Shown here: piece by piece, positions 1-10,741 of the stretch
Numbering within the stretch: the first letter of the stretch is position 1
How the letters are laid out: the number at the start of each line of letters is the position of its first letter
Assembly: GCA_902537445.1 (NCBI GenBank)
Contig: CACBBI010000003.1
Coordinates: forward strand, 512-64,511
Source of the DNA: an uncultured Prochlorococcus sp.
GTDB taxonomy: Bacteria > Cyanobacteriota > Cyanobacteriia > PCC-6307 > Cyanobiaceae
Direction of reading: 5' to 3'
Length of the DNA: 64,000 bases
Translations under genes and position numbers: made by a program
Notes under the pieces: model-generated
What the model saw: only the letters and a program-made list of their open reading frames with translations
Told to the model about the DNA's origin: nothing
Database searches by the model: none

Positions 1-1
1 G

Positions 2-310
2 ATTATGAATTCTTATTTAATTCAAATTCCAGAACAAATTATCATTCCTTTACTTCCGATTCCGAATATGTCGGAACCCATTAATGCAATTACTGTCTCT
101 CATAAAAAGAAGCTTTCTCAAGATTGGTTTAGAGACTTCTTTCTTCCTCAAGCTAGAATTAAACTTGAAAGATCTATTTCTCCTTTAAGAAGAAATTCAG
201 GTAAGTTAATAATCCTAGATGGAAGGGCAAATAAAAGAAACTGGGGAAGATTACTTTTGCAAAACATTCAACCCTCAAAACAAATTAACTATATGCTACC
301 TTTTGATTAG
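2..310 (+). CDS. C-terminal part of a DinG/YoaA-like helicase-domain protein (5' end outside the window)
   Basis: Open frame from the window edge; 'LPQARIKLERSISPLR..G.LIILDGR...WG' resembles a degenerate DinG helicase C-terminal domain. Confidence 0.6.
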   Translation: MMNSYLIQIPEQIIIPLLPIPNMSEPINAITVSHKKKLSQDWFRDFFLPQARIKLERSISPLRRNSGKLIILDGRANKRNWGRLLLQNIQPSKQINYMLPFD

Positions 311-339
311 GTTATGATTTTGTAAATAACTAAAGAAAT

Positions 340-585
340 ATGGGAGAAGCAAAAAGACGTAAAACACTTGGTTTACCTCCAAAAAAAAATAATACTAAAA
401 CTAAAATTGATGAGTCTCCAAGATTATTTGAATGGCTTCCCTTTACAATCAATCAAAGAGATAACCTAATTAAATTAAGTATTAAGGCCAGTTGGTTTGG
501 AATCGGAGGGTTAGTAATCTTATGGATTGTAGTGAGATTTATAGGCCCTGCTGCTGGGTGGTGGACTTTAGCTGATTCTTTATAA
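340..585 (+). CDS. DUF2839-family small membrane protein
   Basis: MGEAKRRK N-terminus plus a C-terminal hydrophobic segment (GIGGLVILWIVVRFIGPAAGWW); cyanobacterial family. Confidence 0.8.
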   Translation: MGEAKRRKTLGLPPKKNNTKTKIDESPRLFEWLPFTINQRDNLIKLSIKASWFGIGGLVILWIVVRFIGPAAGWWTLADSL

Positions 586-587
586 AT

Positions 588-1685
588 CTAAGCTACTGTT
601 TTTATATCATTAACAGCGATTGTATTAGCAGGATTGCTATTTAATGCTTTCATTGAATTAGAACTGACTTCAGTTCCTTCTGTTAATTTCTCTTTAACCA
701 TAGATTCTACTTTATTCCTGATTTCTAAGTTTTGATCAAGCCAAATAATTGTATTATCTCTTCCTTGTCCAATATTTTCTCCTTCATAACTATACCAAGC
801 ACCTCTCCTTATGATGATATTAGTCTCTTCTGCTAAATCTAATAAGCATCCTGTTGTACTAATACCTTTCCCAAAGAGAATATCAAATTCTGCAATTCTA
901 AATGGTGGTGCAACTTTGTTTTTTGCTACTTTCACTTTTGCTCTTATGCCATATTCCTCAGTACCTCTTTTAAGAGTTTGAATTCTTCTGATATCAAGTC
1001 TTACTGAGGCGTAAAATTTTAATGCATTACCTCCTGTGGTTGTTTCTGGATTGCCGTATGTAACGCCAATTTTTAGGCGTAATTGATTCAGGAATATTAC
1101 CGTACATCCAGATTTGCCAATATTTCCTGTTATTTTCCTCATTGCTTGGCTCATTAGCCTTGCTTGGCTTCCAATTACGTGATCTCCCATCTCTCCTTCT
1201 ATCTCGGCTCTTGGGGTTAGTGCTGCGACCGAGTCAACAACTACAAGATCTACCGCACTCGATCTTATAAGTTGGTCAACTATTTCTAGAGCCATTTCAC
1301 CAGTATCTGGCTGTGAAACTAACAAATTTTCAACATCAACACCTAAAGAGGCCGCATAAACTGGATCGAGTGCATGCTCAGCATCTACAAATGCAGCTAC
1401 TCCTCCATTTTTTTGGACTTCCGCAATCGCGTGAAGCGTTAATGTAGTTTTTCCTGAACTTTCTGGTCCGTAAACTTCTACTACTCTTCCTTTTGGATAG
1501 CCTCCTCCTAATGCTAAATCTAAGGTGAGCGCTCCAGTAGATATTGTTTCTACTTTCATTCTTGAGGCGTCACCAAGTCTCATTATTGAACCTCGTCCAA
1601 AATTTCTTTCTATTTGACCTAAGACAAGACTTAATGCCTTGTCTTTTTCTTTTGATTCAGTTTTTTTCTTTTCTTCAAGGCTCAT
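588..1685 (-). CDS. recA: Recombinase A
   Basis: Walker [30 protein letters not shown]; no intein. Confidence 0.99.
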   Translation of the reverse strand: MSLEEKKKTESKEKDKALSLVLGQIERNFGRGSIMRLGDASRMKVETISTGALTLDLALGGGYPKGRVVEVYGPESSGKTTLTLHAIAEVQKNGGVAAFVDAEHALDPVYAASLGVDVENLLVSQPDTGEMALEIVDQLIRSSAVDLVVVDSVAALTPRAEIEGEMGDHVIGSQARLMSQAMRKITGNIGKSGCTVIFLNQLRLKIGVTYGNPETTTGGNALKFYASVRLDIRRIQTLKRGTEEYGIRAKVKVAKNKVAPPFRIAEFDILFGKGISTTGCLLDLAEETNIIIRRGAWYSYEGENIGQGRDNTIIWLDQNLEIRNKVESMVKEKLTEGTEVSSNSMKALNSNPANTIAVNDIKTVA

Positions 1686-1769
1686 TGTTTGATTTATCGG
1701 TTAAAGTTCTTGTAATTATTTTAAATTTGGAAATTATTATTTAAACCAAACTTCATAAATACAAACTAT

Positions 1770-1783
1770 AGTACATCTGTACT
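1770..1783. promoter_or_regulatory. LexA (SOS) box upstream of recA
   Basis: AGTAC-ATCT-GTACT palindrome matching the cyanobacterial LexA consensus RGTAC-NNN-DGTWCB, 84 nt upstream of the recA start codon. Confidence 0.9.
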
Positions 1784-1797
1784 CTAGCTGATTATCT

Positions 1798-2577
1798 TTA
1801 AATTGCAACTAATTCTCCAAGGTTTCCTAATTTTAATAATTTGATTTCATTACTTAACTTATTTTTATCTGATTCTTTCAAATATCCCCAATCAGCTAGG
1901 AAGCATGGAATGTGAGAAGTTTCTGAATTTTGTTTAATATCGATTAGAGTTTTTTTTCTATCTTCTATAAAGCCTAAAATTTCATAAGTTTGTGTAAGTT
2001 TTTCAGCTATTTTGATTTTTGTTCCTGATTCATAACCAAAAATAAATTCTGGAAAAATCTTTAATTGTTTAAGAATCTTTTCTGCAAATATTTTACCTTT
2101 AGTTGTTATGACTCCAGTTTTTATTCCTCTTTTGCTTAATTCTTTCATAAAATTTATAATTTCAAAAAAAGGTTTATGTAAATTTACCCACGATTTAAAA
2201 TCTTTATCAATTTGGTACTTGCGAGACTTATCTAACATTTTTTGTATATCTTCTGCTATCCAGGAATTTTCATTTAATATCCTCTGGCAATTTTGATGAT
2301 AATTATTAATGAAATCATCTTTATTTTCACTTTTTAATGGATTTTCTGTTTTTATAATTTCGTGAACAATTAGAATCATTTCCCAACCATATTTAACCCA
2401 AGGCCTAATTTCTTTGAAAGAATTTGGTACTCCTTGATAAAGTTTTTGATCAATAGTGATGTTGGGTGAATTTAAATATCTTTCACAGGCCAGCAGGGAG
2501 CTATGCCAATATTCTTGCATTCCATCAACTATTACTCCATCAAAATCAAATAGAAAAATTTTTTGAGAAGACACCAA
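1798..2577 (-). CDS. HAD-superfamily hydrolase
   Basis: Motif I FDFDGVIVDG, motif II ITTK, motif IV FIEDR, ADWGY. Confidence 0.9.
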   Translation of the reverse strand: MVSSQKIFLFDFDGVIVDGMQEYWHSSLLACERYLNSPNITIDQKLYQGVPNSFKEIRPWVKYGWEMILIVHEIIKTENPLKSENKDDFINNYHQNCQRILNENSWIAEDIQKMLDKSRKYQIDKDFKSWVNLHKPFFEIINFMKELSKRGIKTGVITTKGKIFAEKILKQLKIFPEFIFGYESGTKIKIAEKLTQTYEILGFIEDRKKTLIDIKQNSETSHIPCFLADWGYLKESDKNKLSNEIKLLKLGNLGELVAI

Positions 2578-2590
2578 TTGAATATTAGAA

Positions 2591-2662
2591 CTGGGCCGCT
2601 AGGATTCGAACCTAGGAATGTCGAGACCAAAACCCGATGCCTTACCACTTGGCGACGGCCCA
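2591..2662 (-). tRNA. tRNA-Gln(TTG)
   Basis: Reverse complement TGGGCCGTCGCCAAGTGGTAAGGC...TCGGG-TT-TTG-GT-CTCGA...GGTTCGAATCCTAGCGGCCCAG; cloverleaf, CCA not encoded. Confidence 0.97.
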
Positions 2663-2755
2663 TTGAATTACCATTTTAATACATGAGAAGATTTTTTTCT
2701 ATCCAAAAAATACAAATTTTTTATAAAAATAGCGCTAGTTTTGAAAAATAAAAAA

Positions 2756-3763
2756 TTATTTGAATGAGCTCGATTTCCATGGCTCTAGAAATTTCTGAGC
2801 TTTTTTGATCGCCAAACCCATTATTTCAGGATACTCATAGAGTTTTTTGTTATTTTTGTGAGCAAATTCAATAAGGGGCTGCATAATTTTTCTTGCAGCA
2901 CTTCCAAATGCTATTCCATCTGGGAGATTGTTTGAATTCAACAATTCATGAGTTTTTTCATTTGTTCCTCCTGCTAATTGAATTAATCCTGGTGGAAGAT
3001 CTGAACCGATTTTTTCAAACAACTTAACAGCATCTCTACTTGTTGTAGGAGCAAGATCTCCAGACATTGGCCTTCCATCTAGTTGCCAAATAAGGGGAAT
3101 ATCAAGTTTTTTAAGAATTTCATATCTTTCCCAAAGAGCTTTCAAAAGATCTTCGGGCTCTTGGGCTTTTTTGAAAGATTGATTTAATCCACAACTAATA
3201 GATATCTTGTCTAATTTCATTCCAGAACTTTTAAGGATACTTACAACTTTTGTAAAAGAATCTAGGCGATTGATTTCTGTATGAATTTCTACTGCATTAG
3301 GCTTTATTTTTTGAAGTGTTGATGCTAAATCATTTTTTGACAAATTATATTCATATTCACTTATTAGATTTAGAGGACAACTATTTAAACATCTTCCACA
3401 TCCATAACATTTACTTTCTTTAATTCCGAAATTATCAATTGCAAAGGTGGGGCATACTTTTTCGCATGGTCTTGGACAACTAGGGGGACATCTTGAAGGA
3501 TCAAATTTTGCTTTACGAAAGTGGATATCATTACCATCACAAATACTTATCATTAATCCAGGGGAGTTTTTAAAGACTTTTTTTGCCCAATCGATTCCTT
3601 TTTTTGCTGCATAAACTATAGATTCTTCTGCTGCAACATCTATGTAGTCGACACCAGCAGCAGTATAAATTGCACATAAATCTTCTATGGCAACAATATC
3701 TTCATTACTGGCACCACAAATTAACTTAATCCATTTATCTTTTTTATTCTTGGTTTTAATCAA
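2756..3763 (-). CDS. ldpA: LdpA, light-dependent period protein (2x[4Fe-4S])
   Basis: WIKLICGAS N-terminus, CPPSCPRPCEKVCP and CYGCGRCLNSCP ferredoxin motifs, WQLDGRPMSGD, QLAGGTN. Confidence 0.9.
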   Translation of the reverse strand: MIKTKNKKDKWIKLICGASNEDIVAIEDLCAIYTAAGVDYIDVAAEESIVYAAKKGIDWAKKVFKNSPGLMISICDGNDIHFRKAKFDPSRCPPSCPRPCEKVCPTFAIDNFGIKESKCYGCGRCLNSCPLNLISEYEYNLSKNDLASTLQKIKPNAVEIHTEINRLDSFTKVVSILKSSGMKLDKISISCGLNQSFKKAQEPEDLLKALWERYEILKKLDIPLIWQLDGRPMSGDLAPTTSRDAVKLFEKIGSDLPPGLIQLAGGTNEKTHELLNSNNLPDGIAFGSAARKIMQPLIEFAHKNNKKLYEYPEIMGLAIKKAQKFLEPWKSSSFK

Positions 3764-3768
3764 ACAAT

Positions 3769-4245
3769 TTAACTTTCAAATTCATCCAAAATATAATTAC
3801 TTAATGGTTTCCATTCAAGTTTTCTTGAACCCCCCATTTCAACAACTATTGTTAGTTTATTATCGTTAGTGCAAATCTCTATTAAGCTCTCTAATTCAGA
3901 TTGAGATAATACTTGACCTTCTAATAACCAAAGTAATTTATTTTTATCATTTTCATTAAATAACTCAGAAGCTTGTGGGATTACTTGTTGAACTTCCCCG
4001 AGTGCTCCATTTCTTCCTACGCTTTGATGACCAAGGTGAGGTGGTCTAACGCCATGCAATTTGAGCAAGAAAACTTCTGGATCTCCAAGCCCTCTTGCCG
4101 AAGTTATAAAAGTTTTAAAGCCTTTGGCCCTCATTCTCCTCAAAAGACGAGTTTCATAACCACCTTCAAGAGGAGCAAAGATTGCAAGACATTTGTTAGT
4201 TTTTAAATCGTTATGAAACTTTTTCCCTGTGAGAAGTAATGGCAT
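3769..4245 (-). CDS. ndhN: NDH-1 complex subunit N
   Basis: [37 protein letters not shown] signature. Confidence 0.95.
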   Translation of the reverse strand: MPLLLTGKKFHNDLKTNKCLAIFAPLEGGYETRLLRRMRAKGFKTFITSARGLGDPEVFLLKLHGVRPPHLGHQSVGRNGALGEVQQVIPQASELFNENDKNKLLWLLEGQVLSQSELESLIEICTNDNKLTIVVEMGGSRKLEWKPLSNYILDEFES

Positions 4246-4287
4246 AAAAATTTCCTTTATTTCTATTTTATTTTATTTTATGGTACT

Positions 4288-4526
4288 TGATGATGTACAA
4301 TTGTAACTCAGTGAATTTTTAAGCTCGCAAGCTAGCCGAGCCTCTGTAAAACTTCACATTTTTAGCGTTTCGTTAAAAAAGTCAGGTGGGTTTATCCCAA
4401 GAGAAACTATCTATTTTTCAGATAAGTCTCAACCTTAAATTAATTGTTTTTTTATTAACTTCACCTTAATAACTGAAAGGTTTTAGATAATTTAAAAATC
4501 ATTACGAGCTAGTCTAATTTAGTCTT
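4288..4526 (+). promoter_or_regulatory. rplC operon promoter and structured 5' leader
   Basis: TGATGATG-TACAAT (4288-4301) -10 region; stems GTGAA/TTCAC, GCTCG/CGAGC, TTTAGCG/CGTTAAA, AGGT/ACCT, GAGA/TCTC, TATCT/AGATA. Confidence 0.65.
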
Positions 4527-5180
4527 ATGCCTATAGGAATTTTAGGAAAGAAATTGGGCATGTCCCAACTTTTCGACGACAAAGGTAATTCGGTGCCAGT
4601 TACTCTTATTGAGGCTGGTCCTTGCCGTGTCACTCAACTGAAAACAACCGCCTTGGATGGTTATACTGCCGTTCAGATAGGTTATGGCTTGTCCAAAGAT
4701 AAGCATATAAGTAAACCTGAGAAGGGACATTTATTGAAATCAGGTGAAGACCTTCTAAAGCATTTGAAAGAATATAGGGTTGAAGAAACCTCATCTTATG
4801 AAATAGGAAATCAAATAACTGTAAACAACTTTGAAGTTGGTCAAAAAGTTGATATCAGTGGCAAATCTATGGGTAGAGGTTTTGCTGGTTACCAGAAAAG
4901 ACATGGTTTTAGCAGAGGTCCTATGAGTCATGGTTCAAAAAATCATAGAGCACCTGGATCTACAGGAGCAGGAACAACTCCAGGCAGAATTTATCCTGGA
5001 AAAAGAATGGCAGGAAGATATGGAGGGAAACAGATTACTACTAAAGGTTTGTTAGTTCTAAAAATTGATGATCAGAAAAATTTGCTTATAGTAAAGGGTT
5101 CTGTCCCAGGTAAGCCTGGCTCAATTGTAAATATTAAGCCAAACAATGTTGTAGGCAAAAAAGGAGGTGAAAAATCATGA
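4527..5180 (+). CDS. rplC: 50S ribosomal protein L3
   Basis: [36 protein letters not shown]. Confidence 0.99.
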   Translation: MPIGILGKKLGMSQLFDDKGNSVPVTLIEAGPCRVTQLKTTALDGYTAVQIGYGLSKDKHISKPEKGHLLKSGEDLLKHLKEYRVEETSSYEIGNQITVNNFEVGQKVDISGKSMGRGFAGYQKRHGFSRGPMSHGSKNHRAPGSTGAGTTPGRIYPGKRMAGRYGGKQITTKGLLVLKIDDQKNLLIVKGSVPGKPGSIVNIKPNNVVGKKGGEKS

Positions 5181-5809
5181 CAACACTCGAAACTCTTAAG
5201 TGGGATGGTAAAAAATCTGGCAAGGTTTCTCTTGATTTAGCAGTTGCTAAAGAAACTTCTTCGGCAGACTTAATACATAGAGCAGTCCTTAGGCAGCTAG
5301 CAAATAAAAGACAAGGGACAGCATCAACTTTGACAAGATCGGAAGTGCGTGGGGGCGGTAGAAAGCCATATAAACAAAAAGGTACAGGAAGAGCTCGTCA
5401 AGGATCAATAAGGACACCTTTAAGACCTGGTGGCGGAATAATTTTTGGACCGAAGCCACGTTCTTACAATCTTGATATGAATCGTAAGGAACGTAGATTA
5501 GCTCTTAGAACTGCGCTTATGTCTAGAGTATCTGATATGAAGGCCGTTGAAGATTTTGGATCTACTTTAAAGCAGCCTAAAACAAGTGACATCATCAATG
5601 GTCTTGCTCGATTAGGTATACAAAAAACTGAAAAAGTTTTGGTTATTCTTGATAGCCCGTCTGATGTTATAAAAAAATCCATTAATAATATTGAAAAAGT
5701 AAAATTAATTGCCGCTGATCAATTAAATGTATTTGATATTCTCAATGCCAATAAATTGGTAATAGGTCAATCAGCGATAGATAAAATACAGGAGGTTTAC
5801 GCATCATGA
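5177..5809 (+). CDS. rplD: 50S ribosomal protein L4
   Basis: [33 protein letters not shown]. Confidence 0.99.
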   Translation: MTTLETLKWDGKKSGKVSLDLAVAKETSSADLIHRAVLRQLANKRQGTASTLTRSEVRGGGRKPYKQKGTGRARQGSIRTPLRPGGGIIFGPKPRSYNLDMNRKERRLALRTALMSRVSDMKAVEDFGSTLKQPKTSDIINGLARLGIQKTEKVLVILDSPSDVIKKSINNIEKVKLIAADQLNVFDILNANKLVIGQSAIDKIQEVYAS

Positions 5810-6108
5810 GTAAATTATTTGATTCTCGTTTAGCCGATGTAATACGAAAGCCAGTAATTACTGAGAAAGCTACAAATGCACTAGATCTTAACCAATATAC
5901 TTTTGAAGTAGATCATAGAGCGGCAAAACCACAAATAAAGGCAGCTATTGAAGCCTTATTCAGTGTTAAAGTCATAGGAGTTAACACTATGAATCCTCCT
6001 AGGAGAACAAGAAGAGTCGGGAAATTTTCCGGTAAACGTTCTCAGGTCAAGAAGGCAATTGTACGTCTTGCTGAAGGAGACAAAATCCAACTATTTCCAG
6101 AATCTTAA
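5806..6108 (+). CDS. rplW: 50S ribosomal protein L23
   Basis: PVITEKA, KKAIVRL; operon position. Confidence 0.99.
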   Translation: MSKLFDSRLADVIRKPVITEKATNALDLNQYTFEVDHRAAKPQIKAAIEALFSVKVIGVNTMNPPRRTRRVGKFSGKRSQVKKAIVRLAEGDKIQLFPES

Positions 6109-6120
6109 GGAGTTTTAATC

Positions 6121-6984
6121 ATGGCAATACGTAAATTTAAACCTTATACACCTGGCACTAGGCAGAGAGTAGTTACTGACTTTAGTGAAATAACAAGTGC
6201 AAAACCTGAAAGATCACTAATAGTTTCAAAACATAGAGTTAAAGGAAGGAATAATCGTGGAGTTATCACTTGTCGTCATCGTGGAGGTGGTCACAAAAGG
6301 CAATATAGATTGGTCGACTTTAGAAGAGATAAAAGAAATATCAACGCTAAAGTTGCAGCTATACACTACGATCCTCATAGAAATGCAAGGCTGGCACTTT
6401 TATTCTACGAAGATGGAGAGAAAAGATATATTATCGCTCCAGCAGGAGTAAAAGTAGGACAAAATGTCATATCTGGAGAAAGTGTTCCAATTGAAGATGG
6501 AAATGCAATGCCACTTTCTGTTATGCCATTAGGATCTAGTGTTCATTGTGTTGAGTTATATGCAGGTAGGGGTGCTCAAATGGTTAGATCCGCAGGAGCT
6601 AGTGCTCAAGTTATGGCAAAAGAGGGAGATTATGTTGCTTTAAAACTTCCATCTACTGAGGTAAGACTTGTAAGAAAAGAATGCTACGCAACTCTTGGTG
6701 AAGTAGGTAATTCTGAAATAAGAAATACTAGCTTAGGTAAAGCAGGAAGAAGAAGATGGCTTGGAAGAAGGCCTCAAGTAAGAGGTAGTGTAATGAACCC
6801 ATGTGATCATCCACATGGAGGAGGAGAGGGAAAAGCACCAATTGGTAGAGCAGGCCCAGTTACTCCATGGGGTAAACCAGCTCTTGGATTAAAAACACGT
6901 AAAAAGAACAAACCAAGTAATAAATTAGTTGTTCGAAGACGCCGTCGTGTTTCTAAGAGGAGTAGAGGAGGAAGAGACTCTTGA
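6121..6984 (+). CDS. rplB: 50S ribosomal protein L2
   Basis: [26 protein letters not shown]. Confidence 0.99.
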
Positions 6985-7021
6985 TTACTTCATTTATTAT
7001 TTCAATTTCTATTTCATAATC

Positions 7022-7300
7022 ATGGGACGTTCACTAAAAAAAGGACCTTTTATAGCAGATAGCCTGCTTAAGAAGGTAGAAAAACAAAATACTGATAATG
7101 ACAAGTCTGTTATCAAAACTTGGTCAAGATCCTCTACGATTTTACCTTTAATGATCGGTCACACAATCGCTGTACATAATGGCAAGACTCACATTCCAGT
7201 ATTTATTACTGAACAAATGATTGGTCATAAACTCGGTGAATTTGCTCCTACACGCACTTACCGAGGTCATATAAGAGATAAAAAAGGAGCAAAATCATGA
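7022..7300 (+). CDS. rpsS: 30S ribosomal protein S19 (start corrected from the ORF track)
   Basis: [10 protein letters not shown] begins at ATG 7022; [11 protein letters not shown]. Confidence 0.99.
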
Positions 7301-7683
7301 CAAAAACACCTGAAACAACAAAAACAGCAATTGCTCATGGGAATTATGTTCGCGGATCAGCCTCTAAAGTGAGAAGAGTTTTGGATCAGATAAGGGGTAG
7401 ATCTTATAGGGATGCATTGATTATGTTGGAATTTATGCCTTACAGATCTACAGACCCCATTACTAAAGTTCTAAGATCTGCTGTTGCCAATGCAGAACAT
7501 AACCTTGGAATGGATCCATCTACCCTAGTTATTTCCTCTGCATGGGCTAATAGTGGTCCAGTAATGAAAAGGTATAGGCCCAGAGCTCAAGGTCGAGCTT
7601 TTTCAATTAAAAAACAGACTTGCCACATCAGTATTTCTGTTGAATCTGCTCCTACTCAAACTAATGCGGAGGTACAAAACTAA
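7297..7683 (+). CDS. rplV: 50S ribosomal protein L22
   Basis: [17 protein letters not shown]. Confidence 0.99.
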
Positions 7684-8414
7684 TGGGACATAAAATACAT
7701 CCTTCTGGACTAAGATTAGGAATTACACAAGAGCATCGCTCTAAGTGGTTTGCTACTTCTAAAACATATCCAATTCTTCTCCAAGAAGATTTTAAAATTC
7801 GTACCTTCATACAAAAAAAATATGGAGCAGCGGGAATTAGCGATGTTTTAATAGCTAGAAAAGCTGACCAACTGGAACTTGAATTAAAAACAGCAAGACC
7901 AGGAGTTATAGTTGGAAGACAAGGAAGTGGTATTGAAGAATTAAGATCTGGCATTCAAAAAACTATAGGGGATAGAACAAGGCAAGTTAGAATAAACGTT
8001 GTTGAAGTTGAACGCGTAGATGCTGACGCTTTTTTACTAGCTGAGTATATTGCGCAACAACTTGAAAAAAGAGTCGCCTTTAGAAGAACTATAAGAATGG
8101 CCTTACAAAGGGCTCAAAGGGCTGGAGTGTTAGGTCTTAAAATTCAAGTAGGGGGAAGGTTAAATGGTGCTGAAATAGCAAGAACTGAATGGACTAGAGA
8201 AGGAAGAGTTCCATTACATACATTGAGAGCTGAAATTGACTATGCAACACGCGAAGCTAATACAACTTACGGTGTTCTAGGCATTAAAGTTTGGGTTTTC
8301 AAAGGTGAAGTTCTCCCTAAAGAGGAACAAACTATCCCTGTGGGTGCGAGCCCTAAGAGGAAAGCTAGTAGAAGACCTCAGCAATTTGAGGATCGTTCAA
8401 ATGAGAATTCATAG
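7683..8414 (+). CDS. rpsC: 30S ribosomal protein S3
   Basis: [34 protein letters not shown]. Confidence 0.99.
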   Translation: MGHKIHPSGLRLGITQEHRSKWFATSKTYPILLQEDFKIRTFIQKKYGAAGISDVLIARKADQLELELKTARPGVIVGRQGSGIEELRSGIQKTIGDRTRQVRINVVEVERVDADAFLLAEYIAQQLEKRVAFRRTIRMALQRAQRAGVLGLKIQVGGRLNGAEIARTEWTREGRVPLHTLRAEIDYATREANTTYGVLGIKVWVFKGEVLPKEEQTIPVGASPKRKASRRPQQFEDRSNENS

Positions 8415-8425
8415 GAGGTATAAAA

Positions 8426-8908
8426 ATGCTTAGTCCAAAACGTACTAAATTCCGTAAACAACATAGAGGCAGAATGAGAGGAGTAGCCTCAAAAGGCAAT
8501 ACAATTGCATTCGGTCAATATGCTCTCCAAGCTCAAGACTGTGGCTGGGTAACTGCACGTCAGATTGAAGCAAGTAGAAGAGCTATGACAAGATATATCA
8601 AACGTGGTGGTCAAATCTGGATAAGAATATTTCCTGATAAACCCGTAACAATGAGACCTGCCGAAACCAGAATGGGTTCTGGTAAAGGTAATCCAGAGTT
8701 TTGGGTCGCAGTTGTAAAACCTGGAAGAATACTTTTTGAAATGGGTGGTGAGGATATCACTGAGGAAACTGCAAAGGAAGCTATGCGTCTGGCTCAATAC
8801 AAACTTCCTGTAAAAACTAAATTTATCTCCATTGATAAAAATCTAGAAAATTCCTCCCAAGAAAATACAAAAAAAAGTAAAAAATCTCAAGAGGAGGTTA
8901 AAAAATGA
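8426..8908 (+). CDS. rplP: 50S ribosomal protein L16 with a charged C-terminal extension
   Basis: [18 protein letters not shown]. Confidence 0.99.
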   Translation: MLSPKRTKFRKQHRGRMRGVASKGNTIAFGQYALQAQDCGWVTARQIEASRRAMTRYIKRGGQIWIRIFPDKPVTMRPAETRMGSGKGNPEFWVAVVKPGRILFEMGGEDITEETAKEAMRLAQYKLPVKTKFISIDKNLENSSQENTKKSKKSQEEVKK

Positions 8909-9123
8909 AAAACTCAGAGTCACTTAAAGAATTTAAAAAATTAAATTCTGATCAAATTAATGAAAAGATTGACCAATTACGAAAAGATCTTTTTGATTTG
9001 AGATTCAAGCAAGCTACAAGACAGCTCAATGAAACTCATAAATTTAAAATTATCAAGAAACAAGTTGCGCAATTACTCACTCTCAGTAAGAGTCAATCTG
9101 CTTCTAAAACAACTTCTGATTAA
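8905..9123 (+). CDS. rpmC: 50S ribosomal protein L29
   Basis: [10 protein letters not shown]; operon position. Confidence 0.97.
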   Translation: MKNSESLKEFKKLNSDQINEKIDQLRKDLFDLRFKQATRQLNETHKFKIIKKQVAQLLTLSKSQSASKTTSD

Positions 9124-9132
9124 TTATTAGTT

Positions 9133-9399
9133 ATGGCACTTAAAGAAAGAATTGGTACTGTTGTCAGCGACAAAATGGATAAAACAGTTGTTGTTGCTGT
9201 TATTAACAGATATCCACATCCCACTTATAAAAAAATTGTAAGTAGAACTACACGATATAAGGCGCATGATCCAGAAAATACATGTGTTTTAGGTGATCGA
9301 GTTAAAATTAGAGAAACTAGACCGCTGAGTGCTCATAAAAGATGGGCAATAGAAGAGATTCTCAATAAAACAAGTCAGGCTAAGGAGGTTAAAAAATGA
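9133..9399 (+). CDS. rpsQ: 30S ribosomal protein S17
   Basis: [17 protein letters not shown]. Confidence 0.99.
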
Positions 9400-9761
9400 T
9401 TCAACAAGAAACTTATTTAACAGTTGCTGATAATAGCGGAGCAAAAAGACTCCAATGTATTAGGGTTTTGGGCTCTAATAGAAGGTATGCACATGTCGGA
9501 GATGTAATCGTAGCAACTGTAAAAGATGCTCTTCCTAACATGGGAGTTAAGAAATCTGAAGTTGTTAAAGCTGTTATTGTCAGAACTAAAGCAACATTAA
9601 GAAGAAATACTGGTAATTCAATCAGATTTGATGATAATGCTGCAGTTTTGATTAATGAAGATAAGAATCCAAAAGGTACGAGAGTCTTTGGTCCTGTAGC
9701 TAGAGAACTGCGGGATAAAAATTATACAAAGATTGTTTCTCTTGCTCCGGAGGTGATTTAA
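9396..9761 (+). CDS. rplN: 50S ribosomal protein L14
   Basis: [26 protein letters not shown]. Confidence 0.99.
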
Positions 9762-10118
9762 ATGTTGGATTCATTAAAACAAAAGAAAAATTTCCATAGA
9801 ATAAAAATGAGAATCAAAACTGGAGATTTGGTAAAAGTAATTAATGGCAAGGACAAAGGGAAAACTGGTGAGGTTTTAAAAACTATCCCTCTTGAAAATA
9901 GAGTAGTTGTAAAAGGAATTAACCTTAGGACTAAACATGTAAAACCAACTCAGGAAGGAGAAACTGGAAGAATACTTACAGAAGAAGCATCTTTACATGC
10001 ATCAAATGTAATGTTCTTTTCAAAGGATAAAAATCTTACAAGCAAGATTGAATACTTTATTGATAAAGAGGGGGTTAAGAAAAGAAGATTGAAGAAAACT
10101 GGTGAAGTAATTGATTAA
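9762..10118 (+). CDS. rplX: 50S ribosomal protein L24
   Basis: KOW motif [16 protein letters not shown]. Confidence 0.99.
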   Translation: MLDSLKQKKNFHRIKMRIKTGDLVKVINGKDKGKTGEVLKTIPLENRVVVKGINLRTKHVKPTQEGETGRILTEEASLHASNVMFFSKDKNLTSKIEYFIDKEGVKKRRLKKTGEVID

Positions 10119-10192
10119 TTTTTCATCAGAAACCAGATTTCAACTTTTCCTAATTTATCAATTCTGACAAAGACCAGAATTAACAAAAAATT

Positions 10193-10732
10193 ATGACTCT
10201 AAAAAATCGCTACAAAGAATCAATAAGACCAAAACTTTTAAAGGACCTTGGTCTTAAAAATATTCATCAAGTCCCTAAAGTTGTCAAAGTCAACGTTAAC
10301 AGAGGTCTTGGTGAGGCAGCTTCAAATTCGAAAGCTCTAGAAGCCTCTTTAAACGAAATGGCAACAATTACAGGACAAAAAGCCCTTGTAACTAGGGCTA
10401 AAAAAGCTATCGCGGGTTTTAAAATTCGTGAGGGCATGCCGATTGGTTGTACTGTTACTTTGAGAGGAGACAGGATGTATTCCTTTTTGGAGAGATTTAT
10501 AAATCTAGCTTTACCAAGAATAAGAGACTTCAGAGGAGTTAATCCAAAAAGTTTCGATGGGAGAGGGAATTATACCGTTGGAGTGAAAGAGCAATTGATT
10601 TTTCCTGAAATCTCTTTTGATAAAATAGATTCAATAAGAGGTATGGATGTAACTATTGTCACTAGTGCAAAATCAGATCAAGAAGGTAAAGCTCTTTTGC
10701 AGGAGTTAGGAATGCCTTTTAGTAAGAATTAA
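10193..10732 (+). CDS. rplE: 50S ribosomal protein L5
   Basis: [21 protein letters not shown]. Confidence 0.99.
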   Translation: MTLKNRYKESIRPKLLKDLGLKNIHQVPKVVKVNVNRGLGEAASNSKALEASLNEMATITGQKALVTRAKKAIAGFKIREGMPIGCTVTLRGDRMYSFLERFINLALPRIRDFRGVNPKSFDGRGNYTVGVKEQLIFPEISFDKIDSIRGMDVTIVTSAKSDQEGKALLQELGMPFSKN

Positions 10733-10741
10733 ATTAAAACT

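Noticed and set aside
4282-4298. GGTAC...GTAC upstream of rplC/ndhN as an NtcA or LexA site
   Set aside because: Spacing is GTA-N10-TAC, matching neither NtcA (N8) nor the LexA box.
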